Shown here in pieces: positions 18,617-27,811 of a stretch of 64,000 nt of DNA; position 1 is the stretch's first letter; every line of letters begins with the position of its first letter. Under the pieces are notes generated by a model. The model made no database searches and was not told the origin of the DNA. It saw only the letters and a program-made list of their open reading frames with translations. Source of the DNA: an uncultured Desulfurococcaceae archaeon (GTDB lineage: Archaea > Thermoproteota > Thermoprotei_A > Sulfolobales > Desulfurococcaceae). The position numbers were made by a program, and so were the translations under genes. The stretch is from the NCBI GenBank assembly GCA_964480805.1, contig CAYZRH010000004.1, forward strand, positions 1,749 through 65,748, in the 5' to 3' direction.

Positions 18617-20026
18617 ATGGAGTATGAGTTCCTACTTACTGCTTTCTACTTGTCAGTACTCTCATACTATCTAGGTACACTATTCTATATGATACCGCTA
18701 CCATTCTACTCTATTAAGAAGTGGGCTCCAACACTAATGGTTGACGGCGTTTTTTCTGCTACACTAGTATTTACATACACAATCATACTAGCTTTAATAG
18801 ACTATATTGGAGGGGTACTGGGTAGTAACTGGACATCATTCTATCTATGGATTGGATTTAAAACAGGTATTGTAGCTACACTATTGACAATACTACGTAT
18901 TATAGGTATGACGCTCTCTATGAGTGGTCTACAGTTTCTAGCAAACAGTATAATATCATCACTTATATCAATACTAACATATGTAATACTATCACTACTT
19001 ATCATAACAGTAGTTGCAATGATTATAACAAGCTATGGAGCAAGACTACTAGCACTAGGTATACTACTGCATGCAGTACCATTTCGTCTTACAAGAGCTA
19101 GTGGAGCAATGATGATCTCTATAGTCATTGTATTCTCTATAGGTCTACCGTTAATGCCTGCTTTTGTAGAATATGTTTCAGCACCACTTATAGTGCCCGG
19201 GCTAGTTGTTACAGACTATGGGTTAGCATATGTTGTTGTAAACATAACTGATACAGTAGGTAACAGTATACCATACACCTTGTTTGAAGCATATCGTCTA
19301 GATAACAATAGATTACTGGCTAGATACATAGGTAGTAGAGAGGGATACATAGATACGTGTGATCCAGATAAGGGGTTGCCAAGTAGTAGAAGCTATGGAG
19401 TAGTTGTAGAAGTTGGTGGAGCTAGACTAGTTGATACAGTTAATCCAGTAGAGGACTATAAACAGTTAAACAACACAGTCTATAGACTAGATCTTAGATA
19501 CAATAAGCTATTATCAATAGGTGTTACTAGGTTCATATACTTAAACAACTCTATACTAAAATCACTGACAATTAGCCAAAACCACTACACACTAGAACTA
19601 GATGTAGACCAGGAGACAGCTATCTATATAGTAGTACAGACAAGTGATACGGTAACAGTGTATATTGATGGCTATGGAAGGAGTCCTGATAGAACAGACT
19701 ACTATACATGGTATGGTGTAGAACTATACTCTCATACATACACACTAGATACTGGAAGCCATGTAGTTGACTTATACATAGTCTATGGTGATACAGAGAC
19801 ACCGGAAATAGATGAAGTCTACTACCTACGTGATGTAGCAAATATTACACTAACAAGGCCTATAACACTGATAAACCCAATAGCATACCTTATATTCAAC
19901 CTCCTTATAGCACCACTAGCCTATATAGCAATACTATTCTCAACATCATACGCACTTGCTAGACTACTTGGCGGTACACGCCCTAGTATCCTATACGCAG
20001 TCACTATGGGGAGGAGGATTGGGTAA
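18617..20026 (+). CDS. polytopic membrane protein with large extracellular domain; candidate CedA/VirB6-like channel component
   Basis: 469 aa. About 6 hydrophobic helices in the first 190 aa. A ~220-aa soluble, sequon-bearing domain follows (NITDTVGN..., NNTVYRL...). Final TM LIFNLLIAPLAYIAILFSTSYAL. Confidence 0.5.
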   Translation: MEYEFLLTAFYLSVLSYYLGTLFYMIPLPFYSIKKWAPTLMVDGVFSATLVFTYTIILALIDYIGGVLGSNWTSFYLWIGFKTGIVATLLTILRIIGMTLSMSGLQFLANSIISSLISILTYVILSLLIITVVAMIITSYGARLLALGILLHAVPFRLTRASGAMMISIVIVFSIGLPLMPAFVEYVSAPLIVPGLVVTDYGLAYVVVNITDTVGNSIPYTLFEAYRLDNNRLLARYIGSREGYIDTCDPDKGLPSSRSYGVVVEVGGARLVDTVNPVEDYKQLNNTVYRLDLRYNKLLSIGVTRFIYLNNSILKSLTISQNHYTLELDVDQETAIYIVVQTSDTVTVYIDGYGRSPDRTDYYTWYGVELYSHTYTLDTGSHVVDLYIVYGDTETPEIDEVYYLRDVANITLTRPITLINPIAYLIFNLLIAPLAYIAILFSTSYALARLLGGTRPSILYAVTMGRRIG

Positions 20027-20193
20027 TGGATAGAGTTGAGAAGATAATATGGGTTATGATAGCTATAATAGCAGTTGTATCAATAGTTTCATCACCTAAA
20101 CCACTAACTATAATCCTAAACACGTTGTTCATAACCATCATAGTCACACTAAGGCTTGTCTTAAATAGAGTTGGTGAGAGATATGAAGTTTAA
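20026..20193 (+). CDS. unlisted 55-aa two-TM hairpin protein (CedA2/VirB3-position)
   Basis: Manual translation: MDRVEKIIWVMIAIIAVVSIVSSPKPLTIILNTLFITIIVTLRLVLNRVGERYEV. The ATG overlaps the upstream stop (TAATG). Its stop at 20191-20193 overlaps the ATPase ATG at 20183 by 11 nt. Below the ORF-track size cutoff. Confidence 0.55.
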   Translation: MDRVEKIIWVMIAIIAVVSIVSSPKPLTIILNTLFITIIVTLRLVLNRVGERYEV

Positions 20194-21853
20194 GAACATA
20201 CTAAAAGCTTTTCTAGGAGACAGTCTAGACTATGAGATAGCTGATGGAGTTCTCATACTATCCTATAGAGGTAGGTTTCACGGTATAAAATACTTGGTTG
20301 CAGATGAGGTAGACTACGGGTTTAAAGACCTTGATCAAAGGACTGTGTATAGACTAGTTGAGTCGTATACAAGCATATATTCTAGACTACCAGTTGGTAG
20401 TGAGCTTAAGATTGTTAAACTAAGGTTTAATAAGAAGAAGTTTACCCGCCGTATAGAGAATGAGATGGTTAATATAAAAGCTGTATTAGAGACTACTAAA
20501 GAACCACATCTTATTAAGAAGTTTGAGAGAAGACTAGGTATTCTAGAGAGACTATATCATAAGATTATTAGTTTAGAAGATATTGAGAGAATACAGCTTA
20601 TAGTTAAGATACATGGAGAGTCTAGTAGTAGAGAGAACTTGTTAGAGAATCTTGAAACACTAGCTGATATGGTTAAAAACTTATTCCATATAACATACGG
20701 GGTTGAGCTAAGGTGTGCTAGAAGGAATGAGGTTAGAAGGATTATAGAGTATGAGCTTGGTCTTACAAGTAGAGAACTAGGTATAGGTAGAGCAATAGTT
20801 GTTGAAGGTAAGAGGATAGCAACAATACAGCCAATACCATATACTAAAAAGCCTAGACTTGAGGAGATGGATGGTGTATACCTTGGATACGATATAGAGA
20901 CTGGATGGCCTGTTGTAATAGATAGAGATGCACTGTATAAACACTTGCTTATCGTAGGCCCTACTGGTAGAGGTAAGACTGTCACACTAGCTAGTATTAT
21001 TGAAAACCTTATAGCACTTGGAGGTGTTGATGTTATTGGTATAGATTTTAAAGGGGATCTTGTAGAGCTTCTTCAAAATGATCTACTATGTATAGTTGGT
21101 CCAGAGAGTCTTCCATTAAATATTCTTGTAAGACCAGACTATATACCACGTGTTGACTGGGTTTTAGTTGTTAATGAGCTTCTTAACAAGGTTCTTGGTG
21201 TTGATTCTAGGAGGGTTTCTTCAATACTGAACGTTGTTGTTGATGAGGATAGGGTTTTAGAGTATATTGATCCTGAGAAGCTTTTACTAGATAAAGACTT
21301 GTCTATACTAGCTAATGTTATAGAGATTGTTAGTAAGAAGCCTGATTATAATAGGTTTTTAAAGCTTATTGATAGCGGTAACACAGTCTTCAACCTACAT
21401 GGTTATGGGGTTGCTTACCAAAACCTCTATGGCGGACTAGTATTGTCTATAGTATCGTATCTTGTATCTACTAGTAAGTTGTTTAATAGAGTAGTAGTTG
21501 TTGATGAAGCATGGAGGGTTATGGGGATTAAGACACTTTATACACTAGTTAAGGAGGGTAGGAGCCGCCGTGTAGGCGTTGTTCTTGCTACACAGAATAT
21601 TGAGGATGTTCCTCCAGAAGTCCTTGATAATATTCATACAGTTATAGCCTTTGGATCATATAGTGATAGCTATATTGGTAAACTTAGAGAACTACTAGGG
21701 CTTAGAGATACGTATGTTGAAAAGCTTAAGAGAATGGGTGTTGGAGAAGCAGTCATGATTACTTCAATGGATAGCCATCCAGTATATGTGAGAATAGAGC
21801 CTCCTACAAAGCTTGAGGATAAGATTAAACAAGGTGTTGTACGTATAGTATAG
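20183..21853 (+). CDS. VirB4/TrbE/CedB-like secretion ATPase
   Basis: ORF 20171..21853; first ATG at 20183 (MKFKNILKAF). Walker A LIVGPTGRGKTV. Walker B RVVVVDEAWRVMG (the DEAW form characteristic of VirB4/TrbE, versus DEAH in HerA). GVVLATQNIEDVP. N-terminal ~250-aa non-ATPase domain as in VirB4. Confidence 0.7.
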   Translation: MKFKNILKAFLGDSLDYEIADGVLILSYRGRFHGIKYLVADEVDYGFKDLDQRTVYRLVESYTSIYSRLPVGSELKIVKLRFNKKKFTRRIENEMVNIKAVLETTKEPHLIKKFERRLGILERLYHKIISLEDIERIQLIVKIHGESSSRENLLENLETLADMVKNLFHITYGVELRCARRNEVRRIIEYELGLTSRELGIGRAIVVEGKRIATIQPIPYTKKPRLEEMDGVYLGYDIETGWPVVIDRDALYKHLLIVGPTGRGKTVTLASIIENLIALGGVDVIGIDFKGDLVELLQNDLLCIVGPESLPLNILVRPDYIPRVDWVLVVNELLNKVLGVDSRRVSSILNVVVDEDRVLEYIDPEKLLLDKDLSILANVIEIVSKKPDYNRFLKLIDSGNTVFNLHGYGVAYQNLYGGLVLSIVSYLVSTSKLFNRVVVVDEAWRVMGIKTLYTLVKEGRSRRVGVVLATQNIEDVPPEVLDNIHTVIAFGSYSDSYIGKLRELLGLRDTYVEKLKRMGVGEAVMITSMDSHPVYVRIEPPTKLEDKIKQGVVRIV

Positions 21854-21857
21854 AACT

Positions 21858-21919
21858 GGTTATGATGAATGGTGGGCTTTACGGATCAAGTTGGTGAAGA
21901 ATGCGGTCGTATCTGAACC
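21858..21919 (+). ncRNA. candidate C/D-box sRNA (2'-O-methylation guide)
   Basis: C box ATGATGA at 21862-21868. A 12-13 nt spacer then a degenerate D' (ACGG/CGGA) at 21881-21885. C' GTGAAGA at 21894-21900. Exactly 12 nt (atgcggtcgtat) then D box CTGA at 21913-21916. Flanking GGT (21858-60) and ACC (21917-19) can pair. Intergenic. Confidence 0.5.
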
Positions 21920-21961
21920 TATATAGTTATTAACTATACTATATGGTATGGTGTATGAGAG

Positions 21962-22951
21962 GTGGTTTGTAGTGGGTGGGAGGCAGAGAACAAGCTTGTT
22001 TATGACAAAAGAGAAGAAGATTGGAGAACAGGAGAGAGGGAAGACTGGAGGGAAGGTGAAGAAGAGGAGGAAGAAGTAGTTGATAATGGCGTCTATACTA
22101 GGTCTTTTGATATAGCTGTCCTCCTCCCATCAACAACTCTATCTAATGAGCCTAGTGTTAGAGAGAAGACTCTTAAATACTATCGTATAATCCGTAGTCT
22201 ATCTATATTTAGGGTAAATGAGCTAGTATTCTATACTGACCCATTGGTTGAAAACAGTAGAGGAGATCTTGAGCTTATAGAGTATCTACATAAATACTAT
22301 CTAACACCGCCGTATCTTAGGAAGAAGCTTATACCATTAAAGAATACTCTAAAATATGTTGGACTAACACCTCCACTACGTATTCTACTGCATAGTGTTG
22401 GTAGGAAGCCTAGAGTTGGTGAGTATAGAGAGGGTGTTGTAGTAAGTGTTTATTCTAAATACATAGTCTATGTTGATGCTGGAGCTAGGGGTTTGTTTAG
22501 AGTATATTGTAGAGACTATACTCCTAGTAAGGGAGAACTTGTTGTATTCAAAGTATCTTCTCTAAATCCTTTAAAAGGTTTTTCTAGTAGAGACCTCCTG
22601 GATAGAGTATATTGTGGTCCAAGACTATCTATTAGGGATAGTCTTATAGACTTGCTTAAAGGCTATAGAAGAGACAAGTACTATGTAGTAGCTACGAGCC
22701 GTTATGGAGAAAATGCTTCTATAGAAAAACTAGTTGTTTTAGGGAAGGAAGTGGGTAGGTATAAGGGTTTAGTAGTTGTCTTTGGCTCACCATACTATGG
22801 ACTATACGATATTGTTAGAGAACAAGGGTATAGGCTTGAAGAACTAGTAGATACTGTTTTAAACACACTCCCAAGACAGGGTACAAAGACTATACGTATA
22901 GAAGAAGCACTACACTCAACACTAACACTATTAAACATAGTAATCCCTTAA
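21962..22951 (+). CDS. putative SPOUT-class RNA methyltransferase (DUF171/COG2106-like) with acidic N-terminal extension
   Basis: 329-aa ORF, GTG start. FDIAVLLPSTTLSNEPSVREKTLKYYRIIRSLSIFRVNELVFY and C-terminal LNTLPRQGTKTIRIEEALHSTL resemble DUF171 proteins (recalled from memory). No alternative in-frame start lies before the conserved core. Confidence 0.5.
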   Translation: MVCSGWEAENKLVYDKREEDWRTGEREDWREGEEEEEEVVDNGVYTRSFDIAVLLPSTTLSNEPSVREKTLKYYRIIRSLSIFRVNELVFYTDPLVENSRGDLELIEYLHKYYLTPPYLRKKLIPLKNTLKYVGLTPPLRILLHSVGRKPRVGEYREGVVVSVYSKYIVYVDAGARGLFRVYCRDYTPSKGELVVFKVSSLNPLKGFSSRDLLDRVYCGPRLSIRDSLIDLLKGYRRDKYYVVATSRYGENASIEKLVVLGKEVGRYKGLVVVFGSPYYGLYDIVREQGYRLEELVDTVLNTLPRQGTKTIRIEEALHSTLTLLNIVIP

Positions 22952-23022
22952 ACACTATGATGCATAGAACTTAATACTCCCCTACACAATAAAACCACTA
23001 TACAGCCGTAGGTGAAGAGAGA

Positions 23023-24153
23023 ATGGGAGCTAGGAAGAAGTCAGCGCCAAGACACGGATCGCTTGGTGTAAGGCCTAGAAAGAGGGCTTCACGTATAGTT
23101 CCACGTGTAAGAAGCTGGCCTAAAGTAGAGTGTGAACAGCCTATACTACTCGGCTTCCTAGCATACAAAGCTGGTATGACACATGCTATAATAGTTGATG
23201 ACAACCCGCACTCCTATACTAGTGGTAAAGAGATTATGGTCCCAGTTACTGTACTTGAAGCACCTCCACTACTTGTTCTTGGTGTACGTGGTTATACATA
23301 CCATGTATCAACTGGTTTAAGAAGTGTTGGTGAGGTTTGGAGAGATCCTTTGGAGACACTGGAGAAGCTTGCTGAAGAGTTTTCTAATAACCCGTTTGTA
23401 GGTAGGAGTGTGGAGGCTATTGTTAGACAGTATTATAGGGGGTTGAGGAAGAAGCTTCCATGTATTGTTAAGGAGGATAAGAGTCTAAAGTATGGGTACA
23501 AGTTTTTAGAGGGTGATTGGGAGTCTAAACTAGATAGGCTATTGTCTCGTAGACTAGTTGATGTAAGAGCTATTGTGTCAACAATACCTGTTGTAACAGG
23601 TGTTGGTAAGAAGAAGCCTGAGATACTTGAGATAAAGATTGGTGGTGGGGAACTAGGTGATAGAATAGAGTATGCTAGGAAGATACTTGGTTCAGCAGTA
23701 TATGTATCCGATACATTCAAGGAAGGACAGTTTATTGATATAATAGGCGTTACAAAAGGTAAGGGGTTTCAGGGAGTTATTAAACGGTTTGGCGTAAAAG
23801 AGCTACCTAGATGGCATAAGCATAGGAAAGGTAGTAGGAGAATAGGTGCTAGAAGCCCAGGGTTTGGAACAATAAGCCCTGTACCACAAGCTGGACAGAT
23901 GGGCTTCCACCGTAGAACAGAGTATAATAAACGTATTATAAAGATCGGTTTTAACGGCTTAGAAGCTACTCCATCAGGTGGTTTTCTAGGATACGGTATT
24001 GTAAAGACACACTACATACTAGTACAGGGATCGGTTATTGGCCCACGTAAGAGAACTCTAGTACTAAGACACCCTATTAGACCCCCAGAGTGGAAGCCTG
24101 ATTCTCCACCACAGATAATCTATTTGAGTCTAACTAGTAAACAAGGTGTCTAG
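23023..24153 (+). CDS. rpl3: 50S ribosomal protein L3
   Basis: [33 protein letters not shown] is the typical archaeal L3 N-terminus. First gene of the conserved cluster. Confidence 0.95.
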   Translation: MGARKKSAPRHGSLGVRPRKRASRIVPRVRSWPKVECEQPILLGFLAYKAGMTHAIIVDDNPHSYTSGKEIMVPVTVLEAPPLLVLGVRGYTYHVSTGLRSVGEVWRDPLETLEKLAEEFSNNPFVGRSVEAIVRQYYRGLRKKLPCIVKEDKSLKYGYKFLEGDWESKLDRLLSRRLVDVRAIVSTIPVVTGVGKKKPEILEIKIGGGELGDRIEYARKILGSAVYVSDTFKEGQFIDIIGVTKGKGFQGVIKRFGVKELPRWHKHRKGSRRIGARSPGFGTISPVPQAGQMGFHRRTEYNKRIIKIGFNGLEATPSGGFLGYGIVKTHYILVQGSVIGPRKRTLVLRHPIRPPEWKPDSPPQIIYLSLTSKQGV

Positions 24154-24167
24154 AGGGGAGTAGCTAT

Positions 24168-24983
24168 ATGGTTTGGGAGATAGTTATACCATTAAAGATT
24201 GAGAAGGCTAAAACAGTAGTCTATAACCTAGAAGCAAAAGCTGTAAAAGAGACTGTGCTACCAGAGGTATTTTCAATACCAGTAAGGAAGGATGTTATAA
24301 GAAGAGCATTCCACTCAGCATTTACAGCAAGACTACAGCCTAAGGGTAGAGACCCACTAGCAGGTAAGAGGACAACAGCACGTAGCTGGGGTGTTGGTAG
24401 AGGAATAGCACGTGTACCACGCATACCTACTGGTAGAGTAGCGTTCATATCATTTGCTCGTGGAGGACACCGTGCATTCCCTCCAACAACATTGAAGAAG
24501 ATTCATGAAGAGATTAATAGGAAGGAGATGGCATATGCAGTAGCATCAGCACTTGCAGCAACAGCTAATATAGAGTTTGTGAGGAAGCGTGGACACTGTT
24601 TTAAAGTTGATAAACTACCCGTAGTTTTAGCTAAAGAGGTTGAAGAAGGTATTAGTAAGGCTAGAGAAGCACGTGATTATCTAGAGAGGATTGGTTTATG
24701 GAGTGATATAGAGCGTGCTCATAGGAGGATAAGGGTTAGAGCTGGTAGGGGTAAGATGCGTGGTAGAAGATATGTTGAACCAAAGAGTATACTGTTTGTA
24801 TTGTCTAGTACAAGTTCTCCACTAGCACTTGCTGTTAGAAACATGCCTGGCGTAGATGTTGTTACTCCAGAGAATCTCAGTATACTACATCTGGCACCTG
24901 GAGGTGTGCCTGGTAGATTAACTGTTTTTATAGAAGACACACTAGATGTTATAGCTAGTAAGTATAGGGTGATAACACTATGA
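24168..24983 (+). CDS. rpl4: 50S ribosomal protein L4 (L1e)
   Basis: 271 aa. [20 protein letters not shown] and RGGHRAFPP motifs. Position between L3 and L23. Confidence 0.9.
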   Translation: MVWEIVIPLKIEKAKTVVYNLEAKAVKETVLPEVFSIPVRKDVIRRAFHSAFTARLQPKGRDPLAGKRTTARSWGVGRGIARVPRIPTGRVAFISFARGGHRAFPPTTLKKIHEEINRKEMAYAVASALAATANIEFVRKRGHCFKVDKLPVVLAKEVEEGISKAREARDYLERIGLWSDIERAHRRIRVRAGRGKMRGRRYVEPKSILFVLSSTSSPLALAVRNMPGVDVVTPENLSILHLAPGGVPGRLTVFIEDTLDVIASKYRVITL

Positions 24984-25243
24984 GCGATCCATACAAGATC
25001 ATTATAAGGCCTGTTCATACAGAGAAAGCTATCAATCTTATAGAGAGACAGAATACTCTAGTACTCATAGTTAGCCAGAGGGCTAGTAAGCACGATATAA
25101 AACAGGCTGTAGAAACAGTATTTAATGTAAAGGTTGAGAAGATACGTACACTAATAACACCACGTGGTGAGAAGAAAGCATATATCAAGCTTAAACCAGA
25201 GTATCGTGCATCAGATATAGCTTCACAACTAGGTATACTCTAG
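24980..25243 (+). CDS. rpl23: 50S ribosomal protein L23
   Basis: 87 aa. [15 protein letters not shown]...[12 protein letters not shown]. Has a 4-nt overlap with L4. Confidence 0.9.
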   Translation: MSDPYKIIIRPVHTEKAINLIERQNTLVLIVSQRASKHDIKQAVETVFNVKVEKIRTLITPRGEKKAYIKLKPEYRASDIASQLGIL

Positions 25244-25255
25244 AGGTGGTTGTCT

Positions 25256-25978
25256 ATGGGTAAGAGAATACTTGTGCAAAGAGCTGGACGTGGAACACCA
25301 GCATTCCGTAACCGTGGGCACTTACGTGTAGGTCCAGCCCACTACCCACCAATAGCAGGGATTAAGGAGACACTACGTGGTAGAGTAGTAGACCTACTAC
25401 ACGATCCAGGTAGATGGGTTCCACTAGCAAGGATCGTCTTGGAGAATGGTGAGGAATTCCTAACACCAGCTGTAGAGGGAATGTATGTTGGACAAGTAAT
25501 AGCTATTGGGCCGCAAGCAGGTATCAGGAATGGAAACATACTACCAGTAGGAGCTATACCAGAAGGTACACAAATAGCAAATATTGAGGTAAGGCCAGGT
25601 GATGGAGGGAAACTAGTACGTTCAAGCGGTGCATACGCTGTCATAGTAGGGCGTAGTGGTAATAAGACAATAATACAGTTGCCAAGCGGTAAGGTTAAGG
25701 AAGTACCGAATAATGCAAGAGCAATAATAGGTGTAGTAGCTGGTGGAGGTAGACCGGAGAAACCATTATTGAAAGCAGGAGCATCCTATCATAAATGGAA
25801 GGTTAAAGCACATAAATGGCCTCGTGTACGTGGAGTAGCAATGAATGCTGTAAGCCATCCACATGGCGGCGGCAGCCACCAGAGTGTATCATTTCCATCA
25901 ACAGTATCACGTACAGCACCGCCTGGACAGAAAGTTGGGCACATAGCTGCTCGTAGAACTGGTAGGAGGAAAGGCTAG
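25256..25978 (+). CDS. rpl2: 50S ribosomal protein L2
   Basis: [19 protein letters not shown]...[12 protein letters not shown] at 25256 preferred over TTG 25250 (GAGGTGG upstream). Confidence 0.95.
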   Translation: MGKRILVQRAGRGTPAFRNRGHLRVGPAHYPPIAGIKETLRGRVVDLLHDPGRWVPLARIVLENGEEFLTPAVEGMYVGQVIAIGPQAGIRNGNILPVGAIPEGTQIANIEVRPGDGGKLVRSSGAYAVIVGRSGNKTIIQLPSGKVKEVPNNARAIIGVVAGGGRPEKPLLKAGASYHKWKVKAHKWPRVRGVAMNAVSHPHGGGSHQSVSFPSTVSRTAPPGQKVGHIAARRTGRRKG

Positions 25979-26248
25979 TTATAGTATATAGTATTGTAAT
26001 GCTCTCTCTTTTAACTAGAATTGATTAATAAGGGATCTATTGGAAGATTTTTAAACAAACATTTTAAATACTTGATGGAGGACGCAGTATTGCTAAATAA
26101 ACTAATTAAACAATGTTCATTATATAATTAAACAGTATTAAACATTATCCTAATAACACCAATACAAATTTAAGTAAAGACTTAAAAATAACCATAGTAT
26201 ATGAATATACATGAAAGATAAAGGTGTGTGTTAAAGGGGTGTAGATAT

Positions 26249-26389
26249 ATGCCTAAGTGTCCAAAGTGTGGAGCTGAGGTAGAGAAGCCAATTAAGACTT
26301 GGGTTCTAGCTCCTAAGGGAAGGAAGGGTGTTGTAATCGGTCTATTCAAGTGTCCAAACGGACACTACTTCAGAGCTAAGGCTGAGTAA
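26249..26389 (+). CDS. unlisted 46-aa Cren7-like small basic protein with CxxC...CxxxH putative zinc site
   Basis: Manual translation: [46 protein letters not shown]. The [17 protein letters not shown]...YFRAK core matches, from memory, the [29 protein letters not shown] core of crenarchaeal chromatin protein Cren7. GGGGTG precedes the ATG. Confidence 0.6.
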   Translation: MPKCPKCGAEVEKPIKTWVLAPKGRKGVVIGLFKCPNGHYFRAKAE

Positions 26390-26404
26390 AGAGTCTAATA
26401 GTAT

Positions 26405-26785
26405 CTAGTCTAAACCCATATGTTTTTTAACAACCTTTAAACTCTCTCTCAAATAATCTATTCTAGAAACTGGATAGTGAATTATAATAGTACCTGCTCT
26501 CCACTTTATCTCTAATAATACTTCATCTCTACCTCTAGTTTTCATCAATCTTACATCCTTTATACTGTTATAATCTAAATCTACGCACTCGCCAACATCC
26601 TCTCTACTAACTCTAACTCTATAAACAACTCTGTCAACAAATGGACTATACCTCTTCTTCCTAAAACCAGTAGAATAAGGTATAGTGCATATCCTCAAAC
26701 CACTACACGAAACCTCTAGTATACAGTATTCAATACCGTGTCTAACAACATAGCCTCCATAAACAACTATTCTACTACACTCCAA
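26405..26785 (-). CDS. hypothetical protein (126 aa), no recognisable family
   Basis: Only long ORF in this interval. Divergent from the MoxR-like gene with a 96-nt AT-rich spacer. Cys-rich N-terminal part (MECSRIVVYGG...CILEVSCSGLRIC). Confidence 0.4.
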   Translation of the reverse strand: MECSRIVVYGGYVVRHGIEYCILEVSCSGLRICTIPYSTGFRKKRYSPFVDRVVYRVRVSREDVGECVDLDYNSIKDVRLMKTRGRDEVLLEIKWRAGTIIIHYPVSRIDYLRESLKVVKKHMGLD

Positions 26786-26881
26786 TTACTCTACACCAGT
26801 AGTAGGCTTAGGATACTATAGTTAATTAAGGGAATAGTTTATTCTTGATTATATAGTATATGTACTTAGGAGAGAAACAAT

Positions 26882-27811
26882 ATGATTGATAAGGATGATC
26901 CGGTGGTTAAGAAGGTATACGAGATCTATGGACTAGCTATTGAAGAGTCTAAACCAGTTAGGAATCCAGAGCTTATGATAAGGTTTTTAAGAGAAAAATA
27001 TAGGCTACTAGTAAAACCACGTATAGTATACTTAACAATAGCTGCATTCCTAAACAATAGACCAGTATTATTCGAGGGACCGCCAGGTACTGGTAAAACA
27101 GAGATTGGTGAAGCAATACTAACTCTATGGGCTGGCAAGACAGCATTCATATTACCATGTAGTGAAAACTATGATGAATACCGTGTTATAGGAGACTTCC
27201 ACCCCGTAATGGCTATAAGTAAGGGTTTTAATGAGGAAAGCTTTATACCAAGGCCATTGCTTGCAGCATTGATTTTGGATGCTGGCATACTTATTGACGA
27301 GGTACGTAGGAGTAGTGAGGAGTTCCAAAACCTTCTTCTAGATATTATTGATAAGAGACGTATTATTGTTCCAGAACTTAAGAAGGTTTATAGACAGAAG
27401 GGTATTGGTTTCCAAGTCATACTAACTAGTAACCCAGAGGATATAGCACAGAATGAACTTAGTGATGCTTTTCTAAGACGTGTTGTTAGGATAAAGTTTA
27501 GTTATCCAAGTATAGAAGAGGAGTTGGAGATTCTGAAGCTAAGGCTTAGAGACAACCTAGACTATATACCAAAACCACTAGTTAAGAAAATGCTTAATGT
27601 AGTCAATGTTTTAAGAACTAAGACAGTATATAAGCCAGGTCCATCAGACACTGTTTCATGGGGTATACTTGCTGTTAAAATAGCTATGTCTCGTGGTGAT
27701 AATAGAGCATCTATAGATGACCTAGTTAGTTCTGGTGAAGCAGTCCTTATTAAGAATGTTGAGGATGAAGAAGTTGTTAGAGAAATACTCTATAGAGAGT
27801 TTAAGAAGTAG
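26882..27811 (+). CDS. MoxR-like AAA+ ATPase
   Basis: 309 aa. Walker A LFEGPPGTGKTEIGEAI, Walker B GILIDEVRRSSEEFQNLLLDII, then LTSNPED...DAFLRRV. This is the single-AAA MoxR/RavA-type layout. Confidence 0.8.
   Translation: MIDKDDPVVKKVYEIYGLAIEESKPVRNPELMIRFLREKYRLLVKPRIVYLTIAAFLNNRPVLFEGPPGTGKTEIGEAILTLWAGKTAFILPCSENYDEYRVIGDFHPVMAISKGFNEESFIPRPLLAALILDAGILIDEVRRSSEEFQNLLLDIIDKRRIIVPELKKVYRQKGIGFQVILTSNPEDIAQNELSDAFLRRVVRIKFSYPSIEEELEILKLRLRDNLDYIPKPLVKKMLNVVNVLRTKTVYKPGPSDTVSWGILAVKIAMSRGDNRASIDDLVSSGEAVLIKNVEDEEVVREILYREFKK

Noticed and set aside
20171-20182. TTG at 20171, given by the ORF track as the start of the VirB4-like ATPase.
   Set aside because: The ATG at 20183 (MKFKNILKAF) gives the typical short overlap with the 55-aa upstream ORF. 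The TTG extension would add only four residues and lies deeper inside that ORF. It is kept as an alternative and not excluded.
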